A stretch of 64,000 nt of DNA from a virus. Its lineage: Duplodnaviria; Caudoviricetes. The notes below the pieces were generated by a model that worked only from the letters and a program-made list of their open reading frames with translations, did no database searches and was not told the DNA's origin. The translations under genes were made by a program, and so were the position numbers. The stretch lies in the IMG/VR virus record IMGVR_UViG_3300022752_000014; one strand, written 5' to 3'. Shown one piece after another: positions 40,468 through 49,976 of the stretch. Numbering within the stretch: the stretch's first letter is position 1; every line of letters starts with the position of its first letter.

Positions 40468-41667
40468 ATGTCTCGTGGCAAACAATTACAAGAAATGGAA
40501 GTAGGCACTAAACCATCCAAAACTGCTGTTAATGCAAATGCAAAAGCAGCAGATGCGATGCCAAGTCTTTCAGGTTCAACACCAGGTCAAACAGGTTCTT
40601 GGGAAGACCTAGGTGGTCCTGATCCTTCTAACTATCGTCCAGACGATGATTCTGCAAAGTTGAAGACCCCAGGTGCAACCCTAAAGCAGGTCAGAGATGT
40701 TGTAAACAAAGGTGCATCTGCTGCAGATCCAATGAAGGGTCTTAACAAAGAAGATGCAGATTATGATGAAGACGAAGAACTCTTAGAGGCAAAAGAAGAA
40801 GAGGAGGAAGAAGAAGAGGAAGAGGAAGAGGAAGAAGAAGAGGGCGGTAAGAAGAAAGCCAAGAAGATGGAAGAAGCTAAGAAGCATAAAGAAGAGGAAG
40901 AGGAAGAAGAAGAGGAAGAGGAAGAAGAGGAAATGGAAGAGTCTTTTGACATTGAAGAGGATGTAAATGCTCTTCTATCTGGCGAAGAACTCTCCGAAGA
41001 GTTCCAAGAAAAGGCACGTACCATCTTCGAAGCTGCTCTTCGTTCCAAGGTTTCTGAAATCAAAGAAACCATTGAAGAGCAGTATGCTGCTGCTCTTGCT
41101 GAGGAAGTTGAAGAAATTAAATCTCAACTTGCTGAGCGTGTAGATGCATATCTAGAGTATGTTGCTGACGAGTGGATGCAAGAAAATGCACTCGTCATTG
41201 AAAATGGTCTTAAGACCGAAATGACCGAATCATTCCTCTCAGGAATGAAGGAACTTTTTGAAGCACATTATGTATCAATCCCTGAAGATAAATATGATGT
41301 TCTTGAAAATATGGTAGAAAAACTTGATGATATGGAAACAAAACTCAACGAGCAAATTGAGAAGAACGTTTCCCTAAACAAGCGTCTCGCAGAGTCGGTT
41401 GCTGACGGAATCTTTGAAAAAGTCTCTGAGGGCCTTGCTGCTACTCAGAAAGACAAGCTCGCTTCACTTGCCGAAAGTGTTGAGTTTGAAAGTGAAGATC
41501 AATATCGTGAAAAACTGGAGATGCTGAAGGAGTCATACTTCTCAGCACAGAAAGCTCCAAAGGCAAAATCCGAAAGTCTGTCTGAACAGGTAGACAATGC
41601 ACCTGAGTCAATCTCAGGAACAATGGCTGCTTACCTTCAGACTCTGAAGGCAGTTGCTAAAAACTGA
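40468..41667 (+). CDS. gp22: Prohead core scaffold protein gp22
   Basis: LSEEFQEKARTIFEAA; VDAYLEYVADEWM; LASLAESVEF; highly acidic. Confidence 0.95.
   Translation: MSRGKQLQEMEVGTKPSKTAVNANAKAADAMPSLSGSTPGQTGSWEDLGGPDPSNYRPDDDSAKLKTPGATLKQVRDVVNKGASAADPMKGLNKEDADYDEDEELLEAKEEEEEEEEEEEEEEEEGGKKKAKKMEEAKKHKEEEEEEEEEEEEEEMEESFDIEEDVNALLSGEELSEEFQEKARTIFEAALRSKVSEIKETIEEQYAAALAEEVEEIKSQLAERVDAYLEYVADEWMQENALVIENGLKTEMTESFLSGMKELFEAHYVSIPEDKYDVLENMVEKLDDMETKLNEQIEKNVSLNKRLAESVADGIFEKVSEGLAATQKDKLASLAESVEFESEDQYREKLEMLKESYFSAQKAPKAKSESLSEQVDNAPESISGTMAAYLQTLKAVAKN
40795..40932 (+). repeat. Two GAR microsatellite tracts encoding poly-Glu (16 E and 14 E)
   Basis: GAA/GAG runs at 40795-40842 and 40891-40932 flanking a Lys-rich spacer. 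Confidence 0.9.
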
Positions 41668-41716
41668 ATTTAATATAATTCAAACGCAAACATTCACTTA
41701 CAAAAGGTAAACGCAA

Positions 41717-43153
41717 ATGTTCCATTCCGAACAATTGCAGGAAAAGTGGGCTCCTATCCTCAACTATGACGGTCTTGATTCAATCAAAGATTCGCACAGA
41801 AGAGCGGTAACCGCTGTCCTGCTAGAGAACCAAGAAAGATTTTTAAGAGAGCAAGCTTCTTTCGAGAGCGGCTCTATGGGAATGCTCACCGAGTCCCCAA
41901 CCAACAGCGCAAACTCAGCTGGTGGTTCAGGTGGTTTTGGTGGCACCTCCGCTGCTGGTGGTCCAACTGCAGGTTTCGACCCAGTTCTAATCAGCCTAAT
42001 CCGTCGTTCAATGCCAAACCTGGTCGCTTATGACCTCGCTGGCGTTCAACCAATGAGCGGTCCTACTGGACTCATCTTCGCAATGCGTTCACGTTATCAG
42101 AACCAAAGCGGTGCTGAGACCTTCTACAACGAAGTAGATTCAGCATTCTCTGGAAACGATGCTGGATTCGACGAGACCGCTGGTTATTCAGATGGTCCTG
42201 TTGGTTTCGGTACAACCGCACAGAGCGGCACCAACCCATCAGTTCTGAACCCAGTTGGTACTGCAACCACCAACCCCTCACCATATAACGTTGGTCAGGG
42301 TCTAGCAACTGGCGATGCTGAAAATCTTGATGGAAGCACCACTGATGCTTTCAACCAGATGGCATTCTCAATCGAGAAAGTCACCGTTACTGCAAAGTCA
42401 CGCGCTCTGAAGGCTGAGTACTCACTCGAGCTCGCTCAAGACCTCAAGGCAATCCACGGTCTGAATGCTGAAGCGGAATTAGCAAACATTCTCTCAACTG
42501 AGATTCTTGCTGAAATCAACCGCGAAGTTATCAGAACCATCTATAAGGTTGCTGAGCAAGGTGCTGTACAGAACGTTGCAACTCCTGGTATCTTTGACCT
42601 CGATGTTGACTCCAACGGTCGTTGGTCAGTTGAGAAGTTCAAGGGTCTTCTGTTCCAGATTGAGCGTGATGCAAACGCTATCGCTCAGAGAACTCGTCGT
42701 GGAAAGGGCAACATCATCATGTGCTCTGCTGACGTTGCTTCAGCACTGACCATGGCTGGTGTTCTTGATTACACCCCAGCACTCAACGCTAACCTCAATG
42801 TTGATGATACTGGCAATACTTTTGCTGGTACTCTGATGGGTAAATTCCGCGTCTACATCGACCCATATGCTGCTAACCTGACCTCTGCTAACGCAACTCC
42901 AGGTAATCAGTACTATGTTGTTGGTTATAAGGGTTCTTCACCTTATGACGCTGGTCTCTTCTACTGCCCATATGTTCCTCTCCAAATGGTACGTGCCGTT
43001 GGTGAGAACAGCTTCCAGCCCAAGATTGGCTTCAAGACTCGTTATGGTCTTGTTGCTAACCCATTCGCTGAAGGCACCACTCAGGGTCTCGGTAGACTGC
43101 GCCTCGACGCAAACCGTTACTACAGAAGAGTTGCTGTTAAGAACCTTATGTGA
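41717..43153 (+). CDS. gp23: Major capsid protein gp23
   Basis: EKWAPIL; DPVLISLIRRSMPNL; QPMSGPTGLIFAMRSRY; KSRALKAEYSLELAQDLKAIHGL; FQPKIGFKTRYG. Confidence 0.99.
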   Translation: MFHSEQLQEKWAPILNYDGLDSIKDSHRRAVTAVLLENQERFLREQASFESGSMGMLTESPTNSANSAGGSGGFGGTSAAGGPTAGFDPVLISLIRRSMPNLVAYDLAGVQPMSGPTGLIFAMRSRYQNQSGAETFYNEVDSAFSGNDAGFDETAGYSDGPVGFGTTAQSGTNPSVLNPVGTATTNPSPYNVGQGLATGDAENLDGSTTDAFNQMAFSIEKVTVTAKSRALKAEYSLELAQDLKAIHGLNAEAELANILSTEILAEINREVIRTIYKVAEQGAVQNVATPGIFDLDVDSNGRWSVEKFKGLLFQIERDANAIAQRTRRGKGNIIMCSADVASALTMAGVLDYTPALNANLNVDDTGNTFAGTLMGKFRVYIDPYAANLTSANATPGNQYYVVGYKGSSPYDAGLFYCPYVPLQMVRAVGENSFQPKIGFKTRYGLVANPFAEGTTQGLGRLRLDANRYYRRVAVKNLM

Positions 43154-43173
43154 TCTATTTCACATAGATTCTC

Positions 43174-43202
43174 AAGGGGGACCCCAAAAGGGTCCCTTTT
43201 TT
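43174..43202 (+). terminator. Intrinsic terminator after gp23
   Basis: GGGGACCC-CAAAA-GGGTCCCT stem-loop followed by a T-tract. Confidence 0.88.
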
Positions 43203-43205
43203 ATT

Positions 43206-43212
43206 CTAAATA
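43206..43212 (+). promoter_or_regulatory. Late promoter for gp3
   Basis: CTAAATA, 12 nt before the gp3 ATG. Confidence 0.6.
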
Positions 43213-43223
43213 TTTAAAAAAAG

Positions 43224-43778
43224 ATGGCAAGAGCATCGCAGATAGAAAATAGAAATTTTCTATCACCAACAGGATTTAAATTCACATTAACTAGATTTCC
43301 TAAAGTTTCATTTTTTGCAAATGAAGCAAATATACCAGAACTATCTTTAGGCGTTGCTAATCAACCATCATATCTAAAGGATATTGATATTCCTGGAGAT
43401 AAAATTATTTTTGGTGATTTAAATCTTAGGTTTATTGTTGATGAAAATTTAGAAAATTATAATTCAATTCAAAAGTGGATTCGTGGTTTAGGGTATCCAG
43501 AAAAACTTGAGCAATTTGCTGAATTAAACAATTCGGATGCTTATGGTGGAGCAAACTATGTTCAAAAAGGATTGAACATTTATTCTGACGGAACTCTTCA
43601 AATTTTAACAAGTAGTCAAATACCAAACTTTCAAGTTCAATTTAAAGATCTTTTCCCATATAGTTTAGGAACACTTACATTTGATGCAACACAAACTGAT
43701 ATTCAATACTTTACAGCAGATGTAAGTTTCAAGTATACTATCTACAATATAACTGATTTGTCAGGCAATCCCTTATGA
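43224..43778 (+). CDS. gp3: Tail completion / tube terminator gp3
   Basis: NRNFLSPTGFKF; F.VDENLENY; FKDLFPYSLG.L.FDAT. Confidence 0.9.
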   Translation: MARASQIENRNFLSPTGFKFTLTRFPKVSFFANEANIPELSLGVANQPSYLKDIDIPGDKIIFGDLNLRFIVDENLENYNSIQKWIRGLGYPEKLEQFAELNNSDAYGGANYVQKGLNIYSDGTLQILTSSQIPNFQVQFKDLFPYSLGTLTFDATQTDIQYFTADVSFKYTIYNITDLSGNPL

Positions 43779-44212
43779 GTGTTGATCTTGATACTATTCA
43801 AGAAATGTGGGAGAAAGATTCAAAAATAGATATGGATAATCTCCATACAGAATCTACAAATATCCCAGTTCTTCATGCAAAATACTTTGATTTATATAAT
43901 ACTATCTTTCTCCTAAGAAAGAAAGCAGAACAACAAAGAAAAAATATTCGTCACGAAAGATATGAGTATTATTCTGGAAAGGCAGATCCAGAAACATATG
44001 TAGAAGATCCGTTTCCCAAAAAGATTCGTGATAAAGACACAATGCAAAAGTACCTTGATGCAGATGAAAAACTTTCAACAGTGTGTTTAAAGATTGATTA
44101 TTACGATACGATGCTTGTTTATATTGAAAGCATTCTAAAGATGATTCAAAACAGGACGTATCAAATCAAGAATGCGATTGAGTTCATGAGATTTAACGCT
44201 GGACTGGGGTAA
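43775..44212 (+). CDS. uvsY: Recombination mediator UvsY
   Basis: IQEMWEKDSKID; LHAKY; YYSGKA; IQNRTYQIKNAIEF. Confidence 0.92.
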   Translation: MSVDLDTIQEMWEKDSKIDMDNLHTESTNIPVLHAKYFDLYNTIFLLRKKAEQQRKNIRHERYEYYSGKADPETYVEDPFPKKIRDKDTMQKYLDADEKLSTVCLKIDYYDTMLVYIESILKMIQNRTYQIKNAIEFMRFNAGLG

Positions 44213-44219
44213 ATAAATA
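44209..44219 (+). promoter_or_regulatory. Late promoter(s) for uvsW
   Basis: GTAAATAAATA containing TAAATA twice. Confidence 0.6.
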
Positions 44220-44240
44220 TTCATAGATGCATGAGACATC

Positions 44241-45719
44241 GTGAATACGACAGACCTTGTTATATCCAAATCAAACGAAGTATTTTTGAAAATTAATACG
44301 GAACCCCATATCGAGTACGAACTTAGAGACCACTTTAAGTTTGAGGTTCCTAATGCAAAATTTATGCCCCAGTACCGTGGAAGGAATTGGAATGGGGAGA
44401 TTCATTTATATGATATGCGTTCAAAACAAATCTACGTTGGTTTGTTAGATAAGATTGTATCTTTCTGTGAGCAATACGGATACTCTTATAAGTTCGAAGA
44501 CAATAAGTTTTATGGACAACCTTTTGAAGTCAATGAACTTATTTCATATGAAGGTGTCAAAGATTATATGCAATCTATTTGCTCTCATTCTCCACGTCAG
44601 TATCAAATAGAGGGAGTATACGATGCATTAAGACATAATCGAAAGCTACTGATAAGTCCCACTGCATCAGGCAAATCTCTGATGATTTATTCGTTAGTGA
44701 GATACTATGTAGATAAGAACGAAAAAATACTTTTAGTCGTTCCAACGACATCTCTGGTAGAGCAGATGTATAAGGACTTTCAGGATTATGGTTGGGATGC
44801 TGAGACATATTGTCACCGTATCTATTCTGGTAGAGAAAAAACAAATGAGTTTCCAGTTACGATTACAACTTGGCAATCTGTCTATAAACTAGAACGCTCA
44901 TTCTTTGAAGACTATGGCGTCATTATAGGCGATGAAGCACATTTATTCAAGTCAAAATCTTTGATAGAGATTATGACCAAACTTCATCATGCTAAGTATC
45001 GTTTTGGTTTTACAGGAACTCTTGACGGAACACAAACTCACAAATGGGTTCTGGAAGGATTGTTCGGTCCTTCATACAAAGTAACAAGGACTGATGAACT
45101 GATGAAACAAGGTCATCTCTCTCAACTTGATATTCAGTGTATTGTACTTAAACATCCACCTCAAAAGTTTGAAACATATGAAGATGAAATTCAATATCTA
45201 ATCTCTCATGAACAAAGAAATAAATTTATTACTAATCTTACTCTTGATTTAAAAGGTAATACTCTGGTGCTATTCAGTAGAGTAGAAGCACATGGAGCAG
45301 TCTTATACGATAAGATAAATAGTCAAAAGCGAGATGATCGTAAAGTATTTTTTGTTCATGGTGGAGTGGATGCTGAAGAAAGAGAATTAGTTCGTGAGAT
45401 TACAGAAAGAGAAAACAACGCAATTATCGTTGCTTCTTATGGAACTTTTTCTACTGGTATCAACATTAAAAATCTCCATAATGTTATCTTCGCCTCACCT
45501 AGTAAATCCAGAATCCGTAACCTTCAAAGCATTGGACGAGTTCTTAGAAAAGGAAAAGACAAAGTAAAAGCAACACTTTATGATATCGCTGATGACTGCA
45601 CATATAACTCAAGAAAGAATTACACTCTAAATCACCTCATTGAAAGAATTAAAATCTATAATGAAGAGAACTTCAATTATGAAATAATCACTATACAACT
45701 TAAGAAAAATGGGAATTGA
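44241..45719 (+). CDS. uvsW: SF2 DNA helicase UvsW
   Basis: SPTASGKS Walker A; DEAH; GFTGTL; QSIGRVLR; GTG start. Confidence 0.97.
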   Translation: MNTTDLVISKSNEVFLKINTEPHIEYELRDHFKFEVPNAKFMPQYRGRNWNGEIHLYDMRSKQIYVGLLDKIVSFCEQYGYSYKFEDNKFYGQPFEVNELISYEGVKDYMQSICSHSPRQYQIEGVYDALRHNRKLLISPTASGKSLMIYSLVRYYVDKNEKILLVVPTTSLVEQMYKDFQDYGWDAETYCHRIYSGREKTNEFPVTITTWQSVYKLERSFFEDYGVIIGDEAHLFKSKSLIEIMTKLHHAKYRFGFTGTLDGTQTHKWVLEGLFGPSYKVTRTDELMKQGHLSQLDIQCIVLKHPPQKFETYEDEIQYLISHEQRNKFITNLTLDLKGNTLVLFSRVEAHGAVLYDKINSQKRDDRKVFFVHGGVDAEERELVREITERENNAIIVASYGTFSTGINIKNLHNVIFASPSKSRIRNLQSIGRVLRKGKDKVKATLYDIADDCTYNSRKNYTLNHLIERIKIYNEENFNYEIITIQLKKNGN

Positions 45720-46098
45720 AGAAGACTTTTATGCAACAGTTAAATTGAAATCTGGAGAAGAAATCTTCGCAAAGGTAGCAGCCTCTGAAGAAGAAGATAG
45801 AACAATGTTGATTATTTCTAATCCAATTATTGTATCTGAAATTAAAGGTAGAATGGGTATTGTTGGATATAAATTAGAACCTTGGTTAAAAACAACAACA
45901 GAAGATATGTTCATTCTTAATTTAGAAGACGTTCTAACTCTAAGTGAATCTTCTGATATTGAAATGATTATGATGTATCAGTCTTATATTAGATCTGGGT
46001 CTAAAGATAATAAATCAAAGATTGATAGAAAAATGGGATATATTGCCAATGTCAATGATGCTAAAGAGATCTTAGAGAAACTATTTAAAAATAGCTAA
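45709..46098 (+). CDS. Conserved hypothetical protein between uvsW and gp55
   Basis: 129-aa ORF; FYATVKLKSGEEIFAKV motif. Confidence 0.75.
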   Translation: MGIEEDFYATVKLKSGEEIFAKVAASEEEDRTMLIISNPIIVSEIKGRMGIVGYKLEPWLKTTTEDMFILNLEDVLTLSESSDIEMIMMYQSYIRSGSKDNKSKIDRKMGYIANVNDAKEILEKLFKNS

Positions 46099-46149
46099 AG
46101 ATAATCTTTTTAACCTCCACAAAGGTAATTGTACACAGTTTTGAATACC

Positions 46150-46178
46150 TTGTCAAGCATTTATTAAAATGGTATAAT
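46150..46178 (+). promoter_or_regulatory. Sigma70-type early/middle promoter for gp55
   Basis: TTGTCA(46150-46155)-N17-TATAAT(46173-46178). Confidence 0.8.
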
Positions 46179-46203
46179 CTATACATAATAATGATAAAAA
46201 CTT

Positions 46204-46743
46204 ATGATAACCACAGCAGTTATGACCAAGAGAAAGAGGTCAGAGCACTACGTCAACAACAAAGAGTTTCTTGCAGCGATTATCAAGTATCGTGAAGATG
46301 TAGAAATAACCTTTATTAAGAAGTTCGGTAGAGAATTGACGAAAGAAGATCGTGCAAAGACTTGGGATACAAAACCTCCCATTCCTCGCTACATCGGAGA
46401 GTGTTTCCTAAAGATTGCGAATCACCTTTCCTTCAAACCAAACTTCGTGAACTATATGTTCAAGGAAGATATGATTTCTGATGGTATTGAAAATTGTGTT
46501 CAGTATATTCACAATTTCAATCCAGAGAAGTCCCAAAATCCTTTTGCATACTTCACTCAAATCATTCACTACGCTTTCCTCCGCCGCATTCAAAGAGAGA
46601 AGCGTCAACTAGAAATCAAAAATAAAATCCTAGAACGCTCAGGATTTTCTGAAGTATTCACTGACGATAATTCAGTTGACGGAGGGAACTATTCCGACTA
46701 TAATAGCATCAAAGATGGTGTCCATTCCAAACTTCGCTATTGA
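46204..46743 (+). CDS. gp55: Late transcription sigma factor gp55
   Basis: HYVNNKEFL; YIGECFLKIANHLS; EDMISDGIENC; NPFAYFTQI. Confidence 0.97.
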   Translation: MITTAVMTKRKRSEHYVNNKEFLAAIIKYREDVEITFIKKFGRELTKEDRAKTWDTKPPIPRYIGECFLKIANHLSFKPNFVNYMFKEDMISDGIENCVQYIHNFNPEKSQNPFAYFTQIIHYAFLRRIQREKRQLEIKNKILERSGFSEVFTDDNSVDGGNYSDYNSIKDGVHSKLRY

Positions 46744-47784
46744 ATGAAAGTCGCTATTATCACTGACCAGCACTTCGGAGCACGAAAGAACTCTAAACTC
46801 TTTCACGATTATTTCTTGAAGTTTTATAATGATATTTTCTTTCCTACCCTAGAGAAAGAAGGTATCACAACGGTTATTGATATGGGTGATACTTTTGATA
46901 GTCGTAAAGGTATTGATTTCTCCGCTCTTTCCTGGGCAAAGAACAATTACTATGATCGCCTTAAAAATATGGGCATTCAAGTTCATACAATTGTAGGAAA
47001 CCATACTGCATATTATAAAAATACAAACGAAGTAAATGCTGTGGATTTATTGCTTCGTGAGTATGATAATGTGACTGTTTATGCTGAACCAAAAGAAGTT
47101 GTGATTGGTGGACTTAACCTTCTTTTTGTTCCTTGGATTAATCAGGATAATCAAGAAAAGACTCTTAAGATGATTAAGAAGACTACTTGTAAAGTTGCTA
47201 TGGGGCATCTTGAATTACAAGGATTTAGAGTAAACCGTTCAGTTGTAATGGAGCATGGACTGGAAGCAAATCTTTTTAAAAACTTCTTTAAGGTATTTTC
47301 TGGGCATTACCACACTCGTTCTAACAATGGAACTATTTTCTATTTGGGCAATCCTTATGAGATGTTTTGGAACGATGTAAATGATACTCGGGGATTTCAT
47401 ATTTTTGACACTGAAACTTTAGAACACAGTCCAGTTAATAATCCCCACAAATTATTTTATAATATCTACTATGAGGATACAAACCACCAAACATTTGATA
47501 CTCGTGAATATGAAAACAAAATTGTAAAAGTTGTTGTCCGCAAAAAAACGGATACTAAACAATTTGAAAAATTTGTTGATAAACTATATTCCTCAAATAT
47601 TTCAGAGTTGAAAATCATCGAAAACTTTGAAATGCAAGAGTCTGAAGAGTTTGAAGCATTTGAATCTGAAGACACCCTTTCAATCCTTAATAGATACATT
47701 GAGGAGGCAGAAGTTAATCTTGATAAATCAGTAGTTCAAAAAATGCTACAAGAAATTTATCAAGAAGCATGTGAGTTAGTTTAA
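46744..47784 (+). CDS. gp47: Recombination nuclease gp47 (Mre11/SbcD-like)
   Basis: TDQHFG; GDTFD; VGNHT; FSGHYH metallophosphoesterase motifs. Confidence 0.97.
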   Translation: MKVAIITDQHFGARKNSKLFHDYFLKFYNDIFFPTLEKEGITTVIDMGDTFDSRKGIDFSALSWAKNNYYDRLKNMGIQVHTIVGNHTAYYKNTNEVNAVDLLLREYDNVTVYAEPKEVVIGGLNLLFVPWINQDNQEKTLKMIKKTTCKVAMGHLELQGFRVNRSVVMEHGLEANLFKNFFKVFSGHYHTRSNNGTIFYLGNPYEMFWNDVNDTRGFHIFDTETLEHSPVNNPHKLFYNIYYEDTNHQTFDTREYENKIVKVVVRKKTDTKQFEKFVDKLYSSNISELKIIENFEMQESEEFEAFESEDTLSILNRYIEEAEVNLDKSVVQKMLQEIYQEACELV

Positions 47785-48056
47785 TGTTCATATTAACCAT
47801 CAATGGAAAAGAAACTGAAGGAGCATACTCAGTAGCAAATTCTGAAGGGGAGCAAGTCTTATATCTTTTTGAAGAGGAAGATGATGCTGTAAGATATGCT
47901 ATGATGTTAGAGGAAGATGGCAGTCCAGAGATGCATGTGATTGAGATTGAAGATGATGTGATGGTAAAAACTTGCGAAATTCATGGATATCAATACGTAG
48001 TTATTACTCCAGATGACATTGTAATTCCACCAAATTCTGATCATGATTTTATTTAA
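47784..48056 (+). CDS. DUF3110-like protein
   Basis: EGAYSV...VLYLFEEEDDAVRYAMMLE...C..HGY pattern, resembling cyanobacterial DUF3110. Confidence 0.7.
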   Translation: MFILTINGKETEGAYSVANSEGEQVLYLFEEEDDAVRYAMMLEEDGSPEMHVIEIEDDVMVKTCEIHGYQYVVITPDDIVIPPNSDHDFI

Positions 48057-49755
48057 AACGATTCGTTGGAAAAATTTTCTTTCAACTGGAAATCAATATA
48101 CTGAACTTGATTTCACAAAAAATACAACTAATTTAATTATTGGTACGAATGGTGCTGGTAAGAGTACAGTATTAGATGCTCTTACTTTTTCTTTATTTGG
48201 TAAACCATTTCGCAAAATTAATAAACCTCAGTTGATTAACAGTGTCAATGATAAAGACTGTAAAGTTGAGGTGGAATTCTCCATTGGAAATGTTGAGTGG
48301 AAAGTTATACGCGGAATCAAACCAGCGGTATTTGAGATTTGGAGAAATGATGCCGTATTGGATCAATCTGCTGCCGCTTTAGATCAGCAGAAATGGTTAG
48401 AGCAAAATGTTCTGAAGATGAACTATAAGTCCTTTACTCAGATTGTAATTCTGGGTAGTAGCACTTTTGTTCCTTTTATGCAACTTCCTGCAGCTCACCG
48501 TCGTGAAGTGATTGAAGATTTGCTAGATATCAAAATCTTTTCTTCTATGAATATGATTATTAAAGAAAAGATTCGTCAATCAAAGGAAGATATCAAAGTT
48601 TTAGAACTTAAAAAAGAGTCTCTTCTTGATAAAGTTAAGATGCAGAAAGAGTTTATTGAGGAACTTGAGAATCGCGGTAATGCCAACATAAACTCCAATA
48701 AAGAAAAGATTACCAAGTTGGATAATGAAGTTGGTGTTTATATGAATGAGAATGCTCTCTTGGAAGAGGATGTCTTCAAGTATACAAAAGAGCAAGAGAT
48801 TGTTACCGGTGCGGCTGATAAACTTCGTAAGTTGGGGAATCTAAAAGGTAAACTCTCCCAAAAAGTATCTACCATTACTAAAGAACATAAGTTCTTCGCA
48901 GAAAATACGGTATGCCCAACCTGCACACAACCAATTGAAGAGACCTTCAGAATAAATAGAATTACAGACGCTCAAAATAAAGCGAAGGAGTTGCAATCTG
49001 GTTATAAAGAACTAGAGGAGGCAATTAAAGAGGAAGAGGAGCGAGAGCGTCAATTCACTACTCTTACGAAGGAGATTACAAAACTAACGCATGGCATTTC
49101 TCAAAACAATACTAAGATCGCTGGATATCAGAGACAAATCAGAGATCTTGAATCTGAAATTCAAACTATTACCGAGAACCTTGCAAACCGAAATTCTGAA
49201 CATGAGAAGTTAGAATCCTTCAACAAAAACTTAAAAACTACATACGACGAACTCGCTTCCAAAAAAGACACAATCAACTATTACGACTTTACGTATAGTT
49301 TGTTAAAAGACGGTGGAGTTAAAACCAAAATCATTAAGAAGTATCTACCGCTGATAAATCAGCAAGTTAACCGTTATCTTCAGATGATGGACTTCTATAT
49401 TAACTTCACTCTTGATGAGGAATTTAACGAAACCGTCCAGTCACCCATTCACGAAGATTTCTCCTATGCCTCTTTTAGTGAAGGAGAAAAAATGAGAATT
49501 GACCTTGCACTTCTTTTTACTTGGCGTGAAGTTGCAAGATTCAAAAACTCAGTCAATACTAATCTGCTGATTATGGATGAGGTATTTGATTCTTCACTTG
49601 ATGGATTTGGAACGGAAGAGTTTCTTAAGATTATTCGTTATGTGATTAAAGACGCAAACATTTTTGTCATCTCTCATAAGACAGGATTAGAGGACAGATT
49701 TGAAAGCGTCATAAAGTTCGAGAAAGTCAAAGGTTTTTCACGTATGGTGGTCTGA
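48043..49755 (+). CDS. gp46: Recombination ATPase gp46 (Rad50/SbcC-like)
   Basis: GTNGAGKS Walker A; CPTC Zn-hook; SFSEGE signature; LLIMDEVFD Walker B. Confidence 0.97.
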   Translation: MILFKTIRWKNFLSTGNQYTELDFTKNTTNLIIGTNGAGKSTVLDALTFSLFGKPFRKINKPQLINSVNDKDCKVEVEFSIGNVEWKVIRGIKPAVFEIWRNDAVLDQSAAALDQQKWLEQNVLKMNYKSFTQIVILGSSTFVPFMQLPAAHRREVIEDLLDIKIFSSMNMIIKEKIRQSKEDIKVLELKKESLLDKVKMQKEFIEELENRGNANINSNKEKITKLDNEVGVYMNENALLEEDVFKYTKEQEIVTGAADKLRKLGNLKGKLSQKVSTITKEHKFFAENTVCPTCTQPIEETFRINRITDAQNKAKELQSGYKELEEAIKEEEERERQFTTLTKEITKLTHGISQNNTKIAGYQRQIRDLESEIQTITENLANRNSEHEKLESFNKNLKTTYDELASKKDTINYYDFTYSLLKDGGVKTKIIKKYLPLINQQVNRYLQMMDFYINFTLDEEFNETVQSPIHEDFSYASFSEGEKMRIDLALLFTWREVARFKNSVNTNLLIMDEVFDSSLDGFGTEEFLKIIRYVIKDANIFVISHKTGLEDRFESVIKFEKVKGFSRMVV

Positions 49756-49769
49756 ATCACCAAAGAACA

Positions 49770-49976
49770 ATGCAAGTCCCAAACTGGCGTCACCACTCCA
49801 AGAAAGAACAAAAACGAAAACTTAAACCGCAAGCACTGCGGCAAGCAAAAGCACGACTTGCCCAGTTTAAAAAGCGTCATATGGGTCGTCCAAAGGGCGA
49901 CCTTTCGTTTTATAATGGTTTCATACGAACAAAAACCAATGCCCGTCAGTCACGAAATCAAGTCCCAACTTGCTAA
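49770..49976 (+). CDS. Small very basic protein; true 3' end uncertain
   Basis: MQVPNWRHHSKKEQKRKLKPQALRQAKAR; the ORF runs through the hairpin at 49884-49902. Confidence 0.6.
   Translation: MQVPNWRHHSKKEQKRKLKPQALRQAKARLAQFKKRHMGRPKGDLSFYNGFIRTKTNARQSRNQVPTC
49862..49916 (+). promoter_or_regulatory. Composite element: CCARTT-N4-AA box, hairpin/terminator, TATAAT
   Basis: CCAGTT-TAAA-AAGCGTC (49862-49878); GGTCGTCC-AAA-GGGCGACC (49884-49902) with a T-rich tail; TATAAT 49911-49916. Confidence 0.65.

Noticed and set aside
40761-41072. Minus-strand poly-Ser ORF
   Set aside because: Reverse complement of the gp22 GAR tracts
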